Shown: positions 1 through 31,233 of the stretch, in pieces
Layout: the number at the start of each line of letters is the position of its first letter
Numbering within the stretch: the stretch's first letter is position 1
NCBI GenBank assembly: GCA_051362555.1
Contig: CM120649.1
Coordinates: forward strand, 18,800,567 to 18,864,566
Length of the DNA: 64,000 bases
Source: Lingula anatina
Taxonomy: Eukaryota; Animalia; Brachiopoda
Direction of reading: 5' to 3'
Program-made: the position numbers and the translations under genes
The notes under the pieces: model-generated
The model's database searches: none
What the model was told of the DNA's origin: nothing
What the model saw: only the letters and a program-made list of their open reading frames with translations

Positions 1-1077
1 TACTCTCATTGCCTGAACTGAAACATTATAAATACTATCACTATGAAGAAACAATATTGTGAAGACAAAATTTGTTGAATATCTGAATCAAAGGGTGAAA
101 ACTCTTTATTTTCAAGAAATATTGTAAATAATTGTAATCACTACATTCTTAGGATTATAAAAGTCATAAGATGAAATTCATCATTTTATTGTCTTTTCTT
201 TTGTGAATATATTTTGTTTTGTAAATAAAATGTAAGAGGGAAAGGTGATTCCAATCTATCTTACCTTTGTGAGTCAAATTTAACTTGACTATTGGCCTTT
301 TGAAGTTCTGCATCTGGAGATCGAGAGAAAACTTAACATTGGATACATCATTATACTTACTAAAACACACCTGTAATTCTGTCACTTTTCTTTAAAATGT
401 TTCTTTTTCATTGCATTTCTAATGCTTAGACCTACTGCACTATAGTCAAAGATGTTAAGCACTGATGCAATAAGTTTAAATTTGACCTAATAGCACATTA
501 ACTGAATATCCAAAAGCAATTTAGGTATATTTAAAATATTTTGATGTCAACAAACTATCTCTATGACTACAGTAGCAGGCATATATAGCAAAAACCTTTG
601 ATTCAAGGTTATGGTTTACAGGGTCTAAAGCAATTTTCTTTCTTTCTCTCAACAATATGACCATTTCATAATAAAGAACTAACAACATGCAAACAATTTC
701 CACTTTTGTTATGTTCAGTAATCATGAACATATCAGGTATCTACAAGTACATTTAATTATTTGAGCCTTATAATCACAAATATCACAAACATCTGTTAAA
801 TGTACGGTTACTTTTCTTTATCAGTAATTCAAGCCAGTTAGAAAACCGGCCTGTAGTCTGAGAACAGCACTTGGTCTTACCTTGGTGGCTCAGCGACCTC
901 CATCCTTGTGCATGTTGTTGGTGTTTAAAGTTATTTTAAGATATTTTCATAAAATATATGCCATTTATACTGATGATGGGAGGAAGTGAATACCAGCTAT
1001 TACTAAGAAAATAAAGGCATGTTGTTTTTTTCTGACCAAGTACTTTTCTCGATGACGTAGGTTTACTAAAAACCTAC

Positions 1078-18359
<17,282 letters not shown>

Positions 18360-18881
18360 CACTCCCACTTTACAAACGGAGTTGTGTTGATATGTAGTTT
18401 CGAATATTAATGTGCACTAAAATCTATCTCTTTTGAATACATCTATAGAAATAATATATAAATAATACACACAATAATTGACTTAATAGGTAATCAAAAC
18501 TAAAATAATGCTGTGTAAAATTGTGCAACATAGTAAATTTGAAGTATATTATAAAACTAAACATCATTACGCTGTCTGACGCTACATGCGCTGTGACCGG
18601 TCGAGGTCATCCATATCGTCACCAATGCTTAGAGCGTTTGAGAGAACGTGTTGTGATGTAGCATTTTGAAAGGTAAAATAGCGTCATCTGTTTCAAGAAC
18701 CCGAAGAGTAACTACTGAGTGGATGAATGATCTTAACTGGCTTATGATTTGACTTGTTTTGTGATCAGATTTAAAGCAATGTTTACAAAAAGAAACCGGA
18801 ATAAAATGTCATACGATGAATGATACCGTACGTGATACGGCTTGAGCGCCACCTTACCGTGAATTAACACATTTAAAGGGG

Positions 18882-19807
18882 TGTGACTGAATTGCGCAAT
18901 ACACTGCAATACGGCGCAACACAGCGCAATATACTTGATAAAACAAGTCCAGTTGCAAGTAAACACGGGAAAGGGTAATCTCAAACAAAATAGGGTGATA
19001 TAAAAGCAAAATATAGAGCATAGTAATTCATATTGCTGATACAACTTAAGAAATCGGTACAATTTTTTCATTGTTGGGTCAGCCGCCATGTTGGCGAGTA
19101 GCTCGTCTTGGCCAGTAATATATCCAAGAAGAGCCACTTGTCAACATGGCTTCCGACTGGACGATATAAACGGTCTGCCTAAATTACACAATACACCGTA
19201 AAACAGCGCAACACAGCGCATTACACTTGAAATAACAAGTCCAGTCACAAGTAAACACAGAAAACGGCCATTCTCAACAAAATAAGGTAATATAAAAGCA
19301 AAATATTTGACTAAATTATTGATGTCATTGATGTAACTAACACATAGGCGCTACTTCTAATATCGTTGGGTCGGCAGCAATGTTGGCTTGTGGCTCCTCT
19401 TGACAATATTACTGGCCAAGAAGAGCCACTAACCAACATGGCGACTGACCTGACGATAAACAAACTGTGCAAATTTGTTACGTTTTATCAAGGCTATTAA
19501 TTATTTAGTAATATATTTCGCTCTCATGTCAGCTTATCTTGTTGAGAATGAACGTTTTCTGTGTTTACTTGTGAGTGGACTCATTTTTTCAAGTGTATTG
19601 CGCTGTATTGCGGCGTATTGCGCAATTTAGGTAGTCCCCAATATAAAAGTCTTGCTGTTTGTTAACATAGTAATATACATTGATTTTATATCACCCTACT
19701 TTGCTGGGAATGGCCATTTCTTTTGTGTTATTGCAACTGGATTTGATTTTTCAAGTGTAGTGCGTTGTGTTGCGCTGTATTGCGGTGTATTGCGCAATTC
19801 AGTCACA
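18882..19807. mobile_element. Foldback/MITE with nested inverted arms in the Rubicon divergent intergenic region
   Basis: Outer TIR tgtgactgaattgcgcaatacac / gtgtattgcgcaattcagtcaca. A second related arm pair lies at ~19178-19320 and ~19500-19632, with internal palindromes around ttggccaagaagagccac. Confidence 0.8.
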
Positions 19808-20197
19808 GCGCATTTAAAGCATCCTTTTGATCCCATCCATTTGATTTCTTTGAAGTCTGTGTTTTCTCTGTCTACAGAAAATAGGTTGCTGGGAGTTGAT
19901 ACCAGTATAATTCATAACATACTAAATTTAAAGGACGTGAATCACTTGTCAATGGTTTACCAGTAAAATGTACTCCGTTCTTCTGTCAGAAATACTCATT
20001 TGAAGCAAGGAAGTTTCCTAGGCAGGTAACTGAGCTATTCCAGTGAACATATGATTTTTACTTCATATTGAAATGTCTTGAGTATACCTTAACTTTAAAT
20101 ACATTATTTGTTTATTATTGTTGTTTGTTTATATATCATTATATCATTTATTGGTTTTCATTGTCTATAAATAGGTTGCACCATATTGGCAACCAGG

Positions 20198-22276
20198 ATG
20201 GATTCAGTAATGTCTTTGTCAGGAGATCAAAGCATTGTCAGGAAGTTAAAGTTGGACTCATGGAAGTCGCACACCATTACATTTACAGTGGGGATGTTGG
20301 CACTCATTGGAATTCCATATATTCATATAGGTAACTTTCCCTCCCTCTCTCTCTTTCCTCACTCTCTTTCTCTCTTTCTCAAATTTTGGTGGTTTAGCTT
20401 AATACTGAACACAGTGAAAAAGTACAGAGAGTCTAGTAAGTCCACACATCCCATTGTTTGTGTCTTAAAACTTGTAAGCATGACCCAAACAGGCTGACAT
20501 TTTAACTGCTACTTACCACATCACTTCCACTTTGTTGGCTCTGTTAAAAATTGTATTTAAGCACAAAGGTTTGAGACAATGCGATATAAGTTTTCTGTAT
20601 TATAGTATATACTGATGTTGATTTTTCTTGATATCCAGGAATAATCCACAGATGGTTCTGGGTACCTGAGAAAGTGGGGAAGGTAGACATGGGCTCCTGC
20701 ACCTGTAGCTGTTTTGACACAATATTTAGAGGTGTATGATTGTGCCCTTAAATCTGTCTTGGAGACAGATTAATTTGGAGATGGATTAATTTAGAGAGAA
20801 TATATATATATATATATATTTTACACAGAATAGTTGACTTACTAGGACATAAACTAAAATAATGCTGTGTCACTGTGTGTATAGTTAATATGAGGTACTT
20901 ATATTATAAAACTAAACGTTAACTCACTGTCTGATGTTACATGCAACGTGAGCAGTTGTGTATGTGTAGCTGCCTTATTAAACATTGTGTATGTTTTTGG
21001 ATAATATGAATATTTATTAATTTCCTGGGTAAATTGGGTTGGCATTAGAGTAGGACAATAAGATTACCCTTTGATTGTAATCTCTGTCTCTCCCTCTGCC
21101 TCTCACTGTTGTTTTAATTACTATTAAATTCCTTATTGCACCAAGATCTATTATTTGTCATGGAGTTTTTACAAAATGGACAAAAATCTGCTTCTTTGCA
21201 ATAATTTTCAGCTTGCAATTGACAACTTTTACCCTGTTGTTTTTCAGGCAGCTATGAACGAGGAGTGACGGGATACAAAAATGTTTATTTCAATGCCACT
21301 GCTGGCAGCTTGCAGATCTGGGCCCTTATTGTGGGATCTCTGCTCATCAGTTATGAGGTGATTCGGTGGGTATGACTTTAAATTTTTAAAAATATTTGTA
21401 CTTTTTTTTTTTCGTGTTGTTTGCACACAAAAGACAGGACAAAAATAGAGTTGATTAAAGAATAATTCCTGTGTTCAGATATGTCTTTTTGATTGTGGTC
21501 CTTTAAGTGGTGAATTATAGTTGTGACAGTAAGAATGATTATTCATGGATTTGTTAACATTTTCTATTTACGTTAAAATATGAATATCAATGGATTCCTA
21601 CTTTGTAGCATTCATAGTTGTTAATTTGTGATTCCCAGTAACTGTCAAATTTGCACCACAGCCATCATGTGGGGTTGATTTTAATGCAGTTAACAAAATG
21701 TACGAAAAATGGATAAGTTTTATTAATGCACCACAAGTTTCACGAAGAAAAAAATAATATTATTCTAGGTATTTGATTAAGGTGCTGAGGAAGGGTGCAG
21801 TACGTTGGACTTGGTTTTTCTTGTTTGCCGCCTCCGTCTATCCACATTATTACTCAGTTTGGAACTACTTTAACTACATAAACGAGAGGTTCTACTCCCA
21901 GTGGTATCACCAGTTACTGTTCTCCACAACAGAAATAATCTCAACAGCAGTCGATTTGAACCTCTGCAACAAAAACCAAGCAGTGACTTCTAGAAAGCTT
22001 TTGATGGTGTTCAGCATTAATTTCATGCACGTGGTTGTGGCTGGAATCGACCAGTTTGTGGCTAATGTGTTCCTTGGCAGAGGTTATGCTTTCCAAGTGT
22101 TTAGAGACATAGGAATGACTCCGCCGGATGTCCTCCATATCGTAGTCTGCCTGATTGAGATGTATAGGATTTCTAAGAGGCACGGACCAGGAATGGGAAC
22201 AGGCAGCATCATGAAAGATTTGCCGTATGCAGGAGCTTTTATGGCTTCGTTTTTTATTGTTAGTAAAATGCTTTAA
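20198..22276 (+). CDS. Uncharacterised multi-pass membrane protein, ~283 aa, 4 coding exons
   Basis: Exons 20198-20330, 20639-20731, 21248-21365, 21769-22276 join in frame (852 nt) with GT-AG ends. Contains CTCSCFDTIFRGSYE, YKNVYFNAT, YPHYYSVWNYFNYINE..YSQWYHQ and several hydrophobic helices. Confidence 0.85.
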
Positions 22277-24191
22277 AATGCAGCTGTTGTTCTTATATTG
22301 GCTATTAATTAGCTTCAAGATTTGCTGTTTTGTTAATAAGTGATAAACAGTTTTTAATCAGATTTTTAGAATGTTATGTAATATTCTTTATCCGGTGTTA
22401 TGGCAGTATTAAAGTATTTGCTGCGGGTGGATTATTGTGAATAACCATAATGTGAAACTGGTTTCCATAGTATTATATTATGCCTTTTTTGTATTCTATT
22501 TTATATATTGACTTCAAAGTACAAATTAGATTTTAATTTAGAAATAATCAGTAAAATTAATTTATTACATCAGAAAGGTTAGGTTATATTATTAGTCCAG
22601 ATTATTAATATCATAGCTATTTATTCAGAGCTGTTGTGTAAGAGGGGCTTGCTGCTAGGGAGCGTCGAAAATGTCGGATAAGTTGGGGTAATTCTCCATG
22701 GGAAAGGTCATCCCTAGATAAGTCAAGTGCACTAAACGCCAGCCGAGAGCTCTTCCATTAAGCATGCACTTATTACTAGCACTGATGAAACTTTTCTGAC
22801 TTTTGTTGGAATTCCAACTTTTTCAGTGTCATTTGGATCATTCTTGTGAATCCTGTACCCTGGACCCCAGCCAATTTTCCTACTTTTTCAGTGAGGACTG
22901 ATCTCATCCCTGTACTAGTCAGTTATTCATTATACCATTATACAATTGCAAAGTATTTCTTTTCACTTTGTGGGAAGACAGTATAATAGAATATATTATT
23001 GAATTCTTTTTTTTGGGGGGGGGGGGTACATACATGTATGAATTTCCATATATTTTGCATTTTTGTGTTCTTTACATCTTCAGCAATGGTTAAGGTTCAG
23101 ACATTTTTTTTTCCAATTCAGAACTGAATTTTGCATTTGAGTTTACCACTTTTAGGGTAACGTCAAAGATCCATTAATTGCAACATTTTTTTTTTTTTTT
23201 TGCTTTTTTTCATTCCAAAATGATGTCTGGTTTAAACAATTGAAATATACCTTCTGTGTAGTAGTTTGTTAGGATGGCAATTTATATGAATTTTATGTAC
23301 ACCCAGTCAGAGCTTTCATTGAGTAATAAAGACCAGAAGTTCTTTTGCCACAATAAAAATAATTACTCAGATGAGAGAGATTTTAATGTGCCTCATCCAT
23401 ATTTGATAACACATTGGAATATCTCTTATGTGAGAAAAAATAGAAACAAAGAAGTATTTAAATAATAATACAGGTAATAATAATGGATTATGCTATACCG
23501 AGTATATAATCTGTACTCTGAAGGCTAATGTTATATTATGGCAGCTGAGGTTTTTGTTATGTCACATTATGTATACAATGTAGAGCTGCTGTATTATTAA
23601 GTTAGATTAGGCTGGCAACTCGGCCAAAGATGATGGCCACATGTACGACAAAGAAAGCCAGGAGTCTCGGGACTCGCCGATGGTTTGGTCCAAATCAATG
23701 GACTTTGGGTTTGGATGTTCACAGACCCCTTGTAAAGGCAGTATTTTCTATTTTAATTTACATTTTTTTGTAATTTTTTTTTTCAAGCATGAAAGTATTC
23801 TGATCCAAGTGAAAAGTATTGGTGTTGAAGGTGCTCAAGGTATCCGTCAAAGAGTTCCATTTTATGTGCTTTTGTACTAATTTCTTGCATATTGAGAATA
23901 AAGTTGTGAATATGATATTGGGATTATATTTGTGATAAATCCTTCATGTTGTCTCTGAGCACCATCATTCTAAGTACCCACAGAGGTCCACAGTTTGGAC
24001 TTTAAGAGCTGAGACATTGTGGAGGGGAACCCTGTGTAACGAAACTGAGGGTCCCTATAACAGAAAGTCTGTCCTCCATTTAGTTTTAATGGTTAGGGTT
24101 AGTCTGACCTAAGTGGGTCAAAATCTAGGGCGAGGCTCACCTGTACAAATGAATGGGAAGCGGGGTCTCCAGCATGGGAGACTCTGTCACG

Positions 24192-26405
24192 TTATTGTAC
24201 CACCAGCGTAGGCGCTGGCGGTACACATGGTTTTAGTCCTGACCCGTATGTTCCGCCGGCTCCTGCGGCTCCGCCGGCTCCTGCGGCTCCACCGCCAAGT
24301 CACCGTTACCGCTTCTCCTCCTAGACGGTAAGGGCCTCCATACCCATCTCTTGGATTTAGGTCACCTATAATCTCAACTCGTTCCACGTAAAATTTGGGC
24401 TTTGTCGGTATTGGGGTCTAGGTGTGGCATTCATTGCAATGCACCCTTGTCCAAAAATGGCAAAATTAAATGCTAATTATCTCCCCTACAGAAGGAATTA
24501 TGGGAAAAATTTCTACAGACAGCTTTCCAAAAGTCATATGTGTAGATTTCATATATGCCCTTGGATTTGACCTTTGACCTTTATTTCAAGGTCAAACAGG
24601 CCAAAATTTTCAAAAAAACAAAATTTTTGCCGAAAAAAAAATTATTTGCGGCCTTATTCAGATACCACACAGACTTAACTAATAATATTAATGGAAAGTG
24701 TTACCCTTCGGGTCATCTTTCATCTCCGTGAATTTGGGGTCAATCGGTGCATTTTCATGGGAGTAGCGGCCATAAGATATCGAAACTTAAAACTGTCTCT
24801 AATTTGGGAACCGTTAATGCTAGACACCCATTCTTTTTTGCATTTTGTAGAGCATGTAAAGCCCAACACTGGAGTTGGTCTCCATTTTTTTGTATTCCAT
24901 ACCGTTTTCGAGTTACGCTGTATCAAAAAGTACATATTGGTGGTGAAAGCAAAATGTGCAGTACGGTAATGGATAATAAATTTTGAACTCCGGAAAAATA
25001 AAACATAAGGCTTGGCAAAGCAGACAACTTGTGGTCAAAAATGACATTATTTCATCAAATTTGAACATCTGGAACTTCAGACCACCTCCCATTTCAAGAA
25101 TTTTGACCAAAATGACCTTTTCTTTATTTTAATTAATTTTTTCTGTAGGAAATTTATGGCACATTATGGTAACTCCAAAATTTTAACATTTAGTCCCTTA
25201 TATCTCCAAAACTGGCAGAGATAGGTCCATAGTTACTATTGAAGTTGAATAGGAAGTCATATACTGGCAATCTAAATGTGACCCTAAAATTGACCTTTGA
25301 CCTACTTTTCACCATGAACTGAACTTTGCAAATTTTGCTTCCCTTTTATCTCCAAAACTGGCAGAGATAGGTCCATAGTTTCTATTGAACTTGAATAGGA
25401 AGTCATATACTGGCAATCTAAATGTGACCTTAAAATTGACCTTTGACCTACTTTTCACCATGAACTGAACTTTGCAAATTTTGCTTCCCTTTTATCTCCA
25501 AAACTGGCAGAGATAGGTCCATAGTTACTATTGAAGTTGAATAGGAAGTCATATACTGGCAATCTTAATGTGACCTTAAAATTGACCTTTGACCTACTTT
25601 TCACCATGAACTGAACTTTGCAAATTTTGCTTCCCTTTTATCTCCAAAACTGGCAGAGATAGGTCCATAGTTTCTATTGAACTTGAATAGGAAGTCATAT
25701 ACTGGCAATCTAAATGTGACCTTAAAATTGACCTTTGACCTACTTTTCACCATGAACTGAACTTTGCAAATTTTGCTTCCCTTTTATCTCCAAAACTGGC
25801 AGAGATGGGTCCATAGTCTCTATTGAAGTTGAATAGGAAGTCATATACTGGCAATCTAAAAGTGACCTTAAAATTGACCTTTGACCTACTTTTCACCATG
25901 AACTGAACTTTGCAAATTTTGCTTCCCTTTTATCTCCAAAACTGGCAGAGATAGGTCCATAGGTCCATAGTTACTATTGAACGTGAATAGGAAGTCATAT
26001 ACTGGCAATCTAAGTGTGACCTTGAAATTGACCTTTGACCTACTTATTATCATGAACTGAACTCTGCTAATTTCTTTTTCTTTTAACTCCTAACCTGGCA
26101 GAGATAGGCCCATAGTTACTATTGAAGTTGAATAGGAAGTCATATACTGGCAATTTACTGTGACCTTGGAATTGACCTTTGACCTACCTTACGATGAACT
26201 TAACTTTGATTGTACCATTCTTAGTTATATATATATTTTTTGCATATTTTGAAAATTCTTGTTGATTGCATTTTTACAGCTTGGCAAGCACAAGACTGGT
26301 GGCTGTGTTCCTTATTTTGTATATGTGGGGGTCTATACAAATGCGCTTGCTCCAGCTGGTGGTACAATATTCGGAGGCGGTATCGCCTCTCTGATCCTCT
26401 AGTTT
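24192..26405 (+). mobile_element. Non-autonomous Helentron-associated element (HINE / DINE-1 / pearl-like)
   Basis: 5' subterminal repeat ttattgtaccaccagc with an adjacent inverted copy (gctggcggtaca), then a GC-rich 9-bp microsatellite, an internal tandem array, 3' subTIR gctggtggtacaata (26355-26369), a short hairpin gaggcg-gtat-cgcctc and a ctagttt end. Confidence 0.75.
25201..26210. repeat. Tandem array, 146-bp unit, about 7 copies
   Basis: tatctccaaaactggcagagat recurs at 25201, 25347, 25493, 25639, 25785 and 25931, with a degenerate copy at ~26084. Confidence 0.95.
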
Positions 26406-26748
26406 TGTAATATTTTCCTGGAAAAGCTCAAATTTCATGTGGAAACCTGCTTTTTTCTGACTAATTAAGCTTTGACCCCCCTTTTCTTGACCCTTCCCAT
26501 TATATTCAGTGACAATCTGGGAGGATTAAGTAGTTCTTTTCAAATTTTGCCATCATTTCAAGCTTTGACTTTATGCTTTGTACGCAATTAAAGAACTCTC
26601 AAGAGGACTGACAGATGACAGGGTCCGTCTTTTTATTTACTTATAATTATTGTATATTTTTTCGCACACGGAACATAAACTTAATGATGTCAAGGGGATA
26701 AAGGTATCTACATATGTAGTTTTAAACATTCTGCACGGTGGCTTAGCG

Positions 26749-29700
26749 TTATTGTCCAGCTTCTTTGTTTATTTCACAGATGAAATAGTCCTCGTGTTTG
26801 GTCTTGTCGACTCCGCGCCACATAAACGATTCCTCGTGATCCAATATCACGCACCCAGTTCGTTCCTTATTGCCGAGGTCTGGAATCCACTCGTTATAGT
26901 CACCCAGTGGACTTCCGTCACTGAACTTGAAGCTTGAGGGGTGATCGAGATCATCTAGGCCTATGTGTAATAACAATTCTTGATAATAAATACTTGAATT
27001 AACACAGATAATTAATATCACAGAAAACACAGATAATTAAACACATATTTCAGCAAAAGATTCACCAAGACATTCGCGTATGAAATCGCAAGAAACGTAT
27101 AATTTCGTCTTCTAAATCCATCAATAAATAATGTGATATAAATTCATGATTAAATAAGAAATACTTGATGGCGGGAAAATAACTTGCAATTTGATGAATA
27201 AGTGAGTAAATAATAAAAGTTTCACAGTTCGACAGTGGAAGGGATCATGCCGTTTATAACAACAACAACAAAATTACAATCACAAGACAAAGCCAAAGCC
27301 TTTATAAAAATCTCACTACCGTCCACTCACCGATGAAGTGCGATCGCGTATGTTGCGTCGCCGGGAAGACCAGTTGTTTGGTGAGCGTCTTAAACTCGTG
27401 TTTATTACGGGCGGTAGCGAGACGTGCCTTGTAGTGAAGGGCGGTACATCTCTTGCTGGCCTGGAGACAGGAGGTTTGGTCTGGGGACAGAAAGAAACAT
27501 TTGTTGCCTATCCTCTGCCAGTCCTTGGGGCATAAATCTGAAATGAGGAAATTGAAATAATTTGTAATGGTAAATATTTTTAACGTTCAAACTTACAAAC
27601 AAACAAACAAACAAACAAACAAATGAGAGTGAAATTTGCTGCTTCTATTCCCCATGGAAAGATGTTTTGCTAGGCAACCAGTGAATCCATAAGCGGTCAA
27701 ATGTCTGAGCTGTATGCATAGTACGGGGCCTCCTTGTTACAGGAGCTTTTTTTAAAACAGATCTCCCGTTGGTTATAGGGAGGGTGGGGGTGGGGTTTAT
27801 GCGAAAATGGTCCATTCTGAACCAAGACTGGATTTTTTCTCGAGATAAGAAGTTGAACTGAGCGGGTAAAATGGTCCACTTTGTCAGAAAATGCGTCTCC
27901 ATATCACCATACCTGTACCAAAGGCCAGCTAAGTGATGACGTCAATTCTACGTCATACCAGCTGAGTGATGAAGTCAATTCTGTGCTGAAAATTCTCACA
28001 GTGCAGGCAATTGTACAGAATTAACCAAAGAAATTTCTGTGAGTATATAGTTTAAGTCAATCTGTAGCCCTGACAGAGGGTCCTCCCTGAGAAATGGCTA
28101 CTAGTAGGCAAGGCTTACCCTTATACTTACAGGAACCTAGGGGAAATTGGCCCAAAATCCAAAAAAGGACATATAGGACATATGTCCTATAGATAGATAG
28201 ACACATGCAGGAATCCTATGGAACGTCCGATGGAATTCCCATAGATTCCTATAAAGTCCTAGGTCTCCCATATGACGTCCTATGGGCAATTTTCATAAGG
28301 ATGTACTAGTATTCTCCTTGGGGCCAATTTGCCTTCACACCTATTTTTTGCGCTCGAACACAAATATTGCATTTTATACCCCAAAAGATGAATTTGTAAA
28401 AGAAAATAACTAGAGGAAATCAACCAAAAAGTTCTTGAAAGGATATTATTACATTTTCTACAGATATGAAACATAAAAACGGCAAAAAACAGTCATTTTA
28501 TGTACCAGTATAAATAATAATGGCCTTAAATTGTCTACTGTTTGCGTATTGCGTACCGTGTTGTCAATTTTCCTTGCCCCCTTAGCGCGTGTGTAAGGGA
28601 CCGTTCATATGAAAAATCTATTTTCTAAAAGTCTATTTTCTATTCGCGGTATCTTGTGATCACGGTTTGTGCCCTGAATACCCCGCGGCGTAATTACTGG
28701 CAGCGCGACCCAGTTACTTCCAAAGCTGTAATTAATTTTCGGCTGCGCTCGGAGTGATCACAAGGTACCGCGGATAGAAAATAGATTTTTAGAAAATAGA
28801 TTTTTCATATGAACGGTCCCTAAGTCACAGTGCATGATGCAATTTTCGTACGTAGATATTATCTACATTATCTATAAAACAAACTATTTCTAAACACTAG
28901 GGAAGAGCAGGCAAGATATATAACATTAAAAATTACACAACTAGACGTCATTATCTGCCTAGAATCCATATATAGCCCACGAAGCAGGTAGGATTTGTTG
29001 ATAACTATAGGGCCTATGTATCTACTGAAGTATGACTGATTTACCTTAAATAGTTATATGATAATATCTATATTGTTCTGCTTGCAAAATCATGTTAATT
29101 CGGTCAGCATTTGTGTACACTGATTATTAATTATAATCCCTTGCTCTCAAACTGTAAGTCTTATTTCGGTTGTTTTCAAGATTAATAAAAGGATCTAAAA
29201 ACCGCGCACAACCTTTGAATCAGTTTATCACGTACCGGTAGATATAGGTATTTGATTCAGAGAAAACCGGTAGATACAGTGAAAGGCAAAGGTGACGGAG
29301 GCCCAGAGTTACAGTGGACAGTGGAAATTCGCCTCTCTGGTAACAACTGAAGTGGGTGGATAATAATGAGGTGCGTTTCCACTGTTCTCACAACTGTGTT
29401 TCATCTTTTCACATGTCAAAATGAAAAAAAATTGCGACGCCACTGTGACATTATTATAACGACATTATAGGGCGTCATAATCACGTCATGTCGACGTCGG
29501 TGTACTTCGTGATATCCACACATTCCTGGCCCCAGCTTCACGAAACAAAAACTTTAGTCCGTTTTCTGGCTTAGTTGACTAGGATTTCCAAAAGAGTGTT
29601 GTAACACCGGCCCATGGTAGGGTAAGATGTGTCCACGTGACCGCGTCACATCGGTAATTAATTTCTTAGCCAGGGAACCTGACTTATTTTAAAATATTTT

Positions 29701-31233
29701 TTGTGAAACCAGGACAACTACACTGTACTTACCATGGCAAACGTCACGAACTAGCTTATCATGTATGAGCTGAAAACTGCTGAAATCATTAACATGAAAA
29801 ACGTGGGAGTCATCGGGATCGCTCGCTATGCCCCTTAGTTCTTCGTAATCTGTGTCGCCGACTCCAACGGCGAATAAAATGATGCCGGAATCCCGAGCTT
29901 CTTTAGCGCTTTGCTGTGTTGCCTCACGTTCAGTGGAGAGACCGTCGGTCAGAATGATACCAATATGTGGAATACCCGGTCGACCGCCTTTTCTGAAATA
30001 CGTCAACAAAATGTTAACGTTTGTTTCTTTAAAGCTGATGCAAATAGGATCGAGTTTTGGAGTAAAATGGCTGGTGGGTGAGGCATAATTTGTCTTGTAC
30101 ATTTTTTTATTTTTCAAAATATCAAACCATGCAAAGGGGTCATCCATTTTTAGCATTATTTTCGTATGCATACAGAGGTCACTGAGGCCCTTTCCTCCAG
30201 CGTATGGTTTGTACATGTAGACTTATGGAGACGAGGATAAAAGTGGACGACCCTTTTAGGTTTTATGTCTTATCATCTGTGTAATATATGCATGGAGCAA
30301 TCCACAGACAACTTTCATACTACAGAAGAATTATTTTTAGAAATGGAGACCCCAAAAATAAAATTTTCTTTTAAGTCTAAAATTATCACGAAAATTCTCA
30401 AGAAGGTGTATACCTACTCGTTTTTGGGGTTAAACATTGTCACTCTCAGAACATCAATGGCTTTTGCAGTATCAGTTCTTCCTCCCCCATAAGAGATGTT
30501 ACCAATGGCCTCCACTAAACCATCTCTGGTAGGAAAAGATTGCAAGTCAAACTGCCTTTGGGCTCCATTCCCGAACGTGACAACCCCAAAATATGTGTTG
30601 TCAGGGCCTATATCAAACGTTTGGACTACATCTTGGACAAAGGCGAGAACTTTTTCCCAATTGTCTTTCTCAATGCTACCCGACTCATCCAGAGCAAAAA
30701 CTATGTCGCCTGCGTAGATTTCACAGTCTGTTAAAAATAAAATAAACATAAGAAATAAATATAAAAGGATAAAGAAATAATGGAAATAAACGAATGAAAT
30801 TATCAAATAGCTAATGTTGGTCAATTATGCTTAAAGTATAATGTTTTCTGTTCATGTTAGACATTTATAGTAGGACGAAAAAAAAAATATTATAATTAAT
30901 GTCAATATCAATAAATTTCTGATAACTAAATTAACAGAACGCTAGATAAAAGAAAAAAAAGATACATGAGAACAGGATGAGTTATATGGGGCCATAAATT
31001 TGCTTTTTCTCTCTCAATAAATAAATAAAAAATAAATAACCACAGAATTAAATACAGCAAATTCTGAAAAAGACCTAGCATCCACAGATGGCGTTCATTT
31101 TTTGCACACCTGTTATTCATTGTTCGTTACCTGTAGTGTTAGACGATCCTGCCGAGGCTGCAGTATACCCAGACAGCATCACTGTCCAAACAACAGAGAA
31201 TCCCGCCAGCCAGACTACTACCACACCCCGCAT
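26749..31233 (-). CDS. Secreted VWA domain + C-type lectin domain protein, ~363 aa, 5 exons
   Basis: Exons 31131-31233 (signal peptide MRGVVVVWLAGFSVVWTVMLSGYTAA), 30418-30727 and 29733-29992 (VWA; MIDAS DESGS, T of GRTDT, D of LTDG), 27331-27537 (CPKDWQRIGNKCF...C) and 26749-26960 (GLDD..FKFSDGS..W...CV...W...FICE). All phases are consistent, 1092 nt total. Confidence 0.9.
28597..28820. mobile_element. Tourist-like (PIF/Harbinger) MITE in an intron of the VWA-CTL gene
   Basis: Long TIR gggaccgttcatatgaaaaatctattttctaaaa / ttttagaaaatagatttttcatatgaacggtccc flanked by a TAA...TAA TSD. Confidence 0.85.

Noticed and set aside
25201-26210. CRISPR-like regularly spaced repeats
   Set aside because: Whole 146-bp units repeat with no unique spacers, there are no cas genes, and the context is eukaryotic
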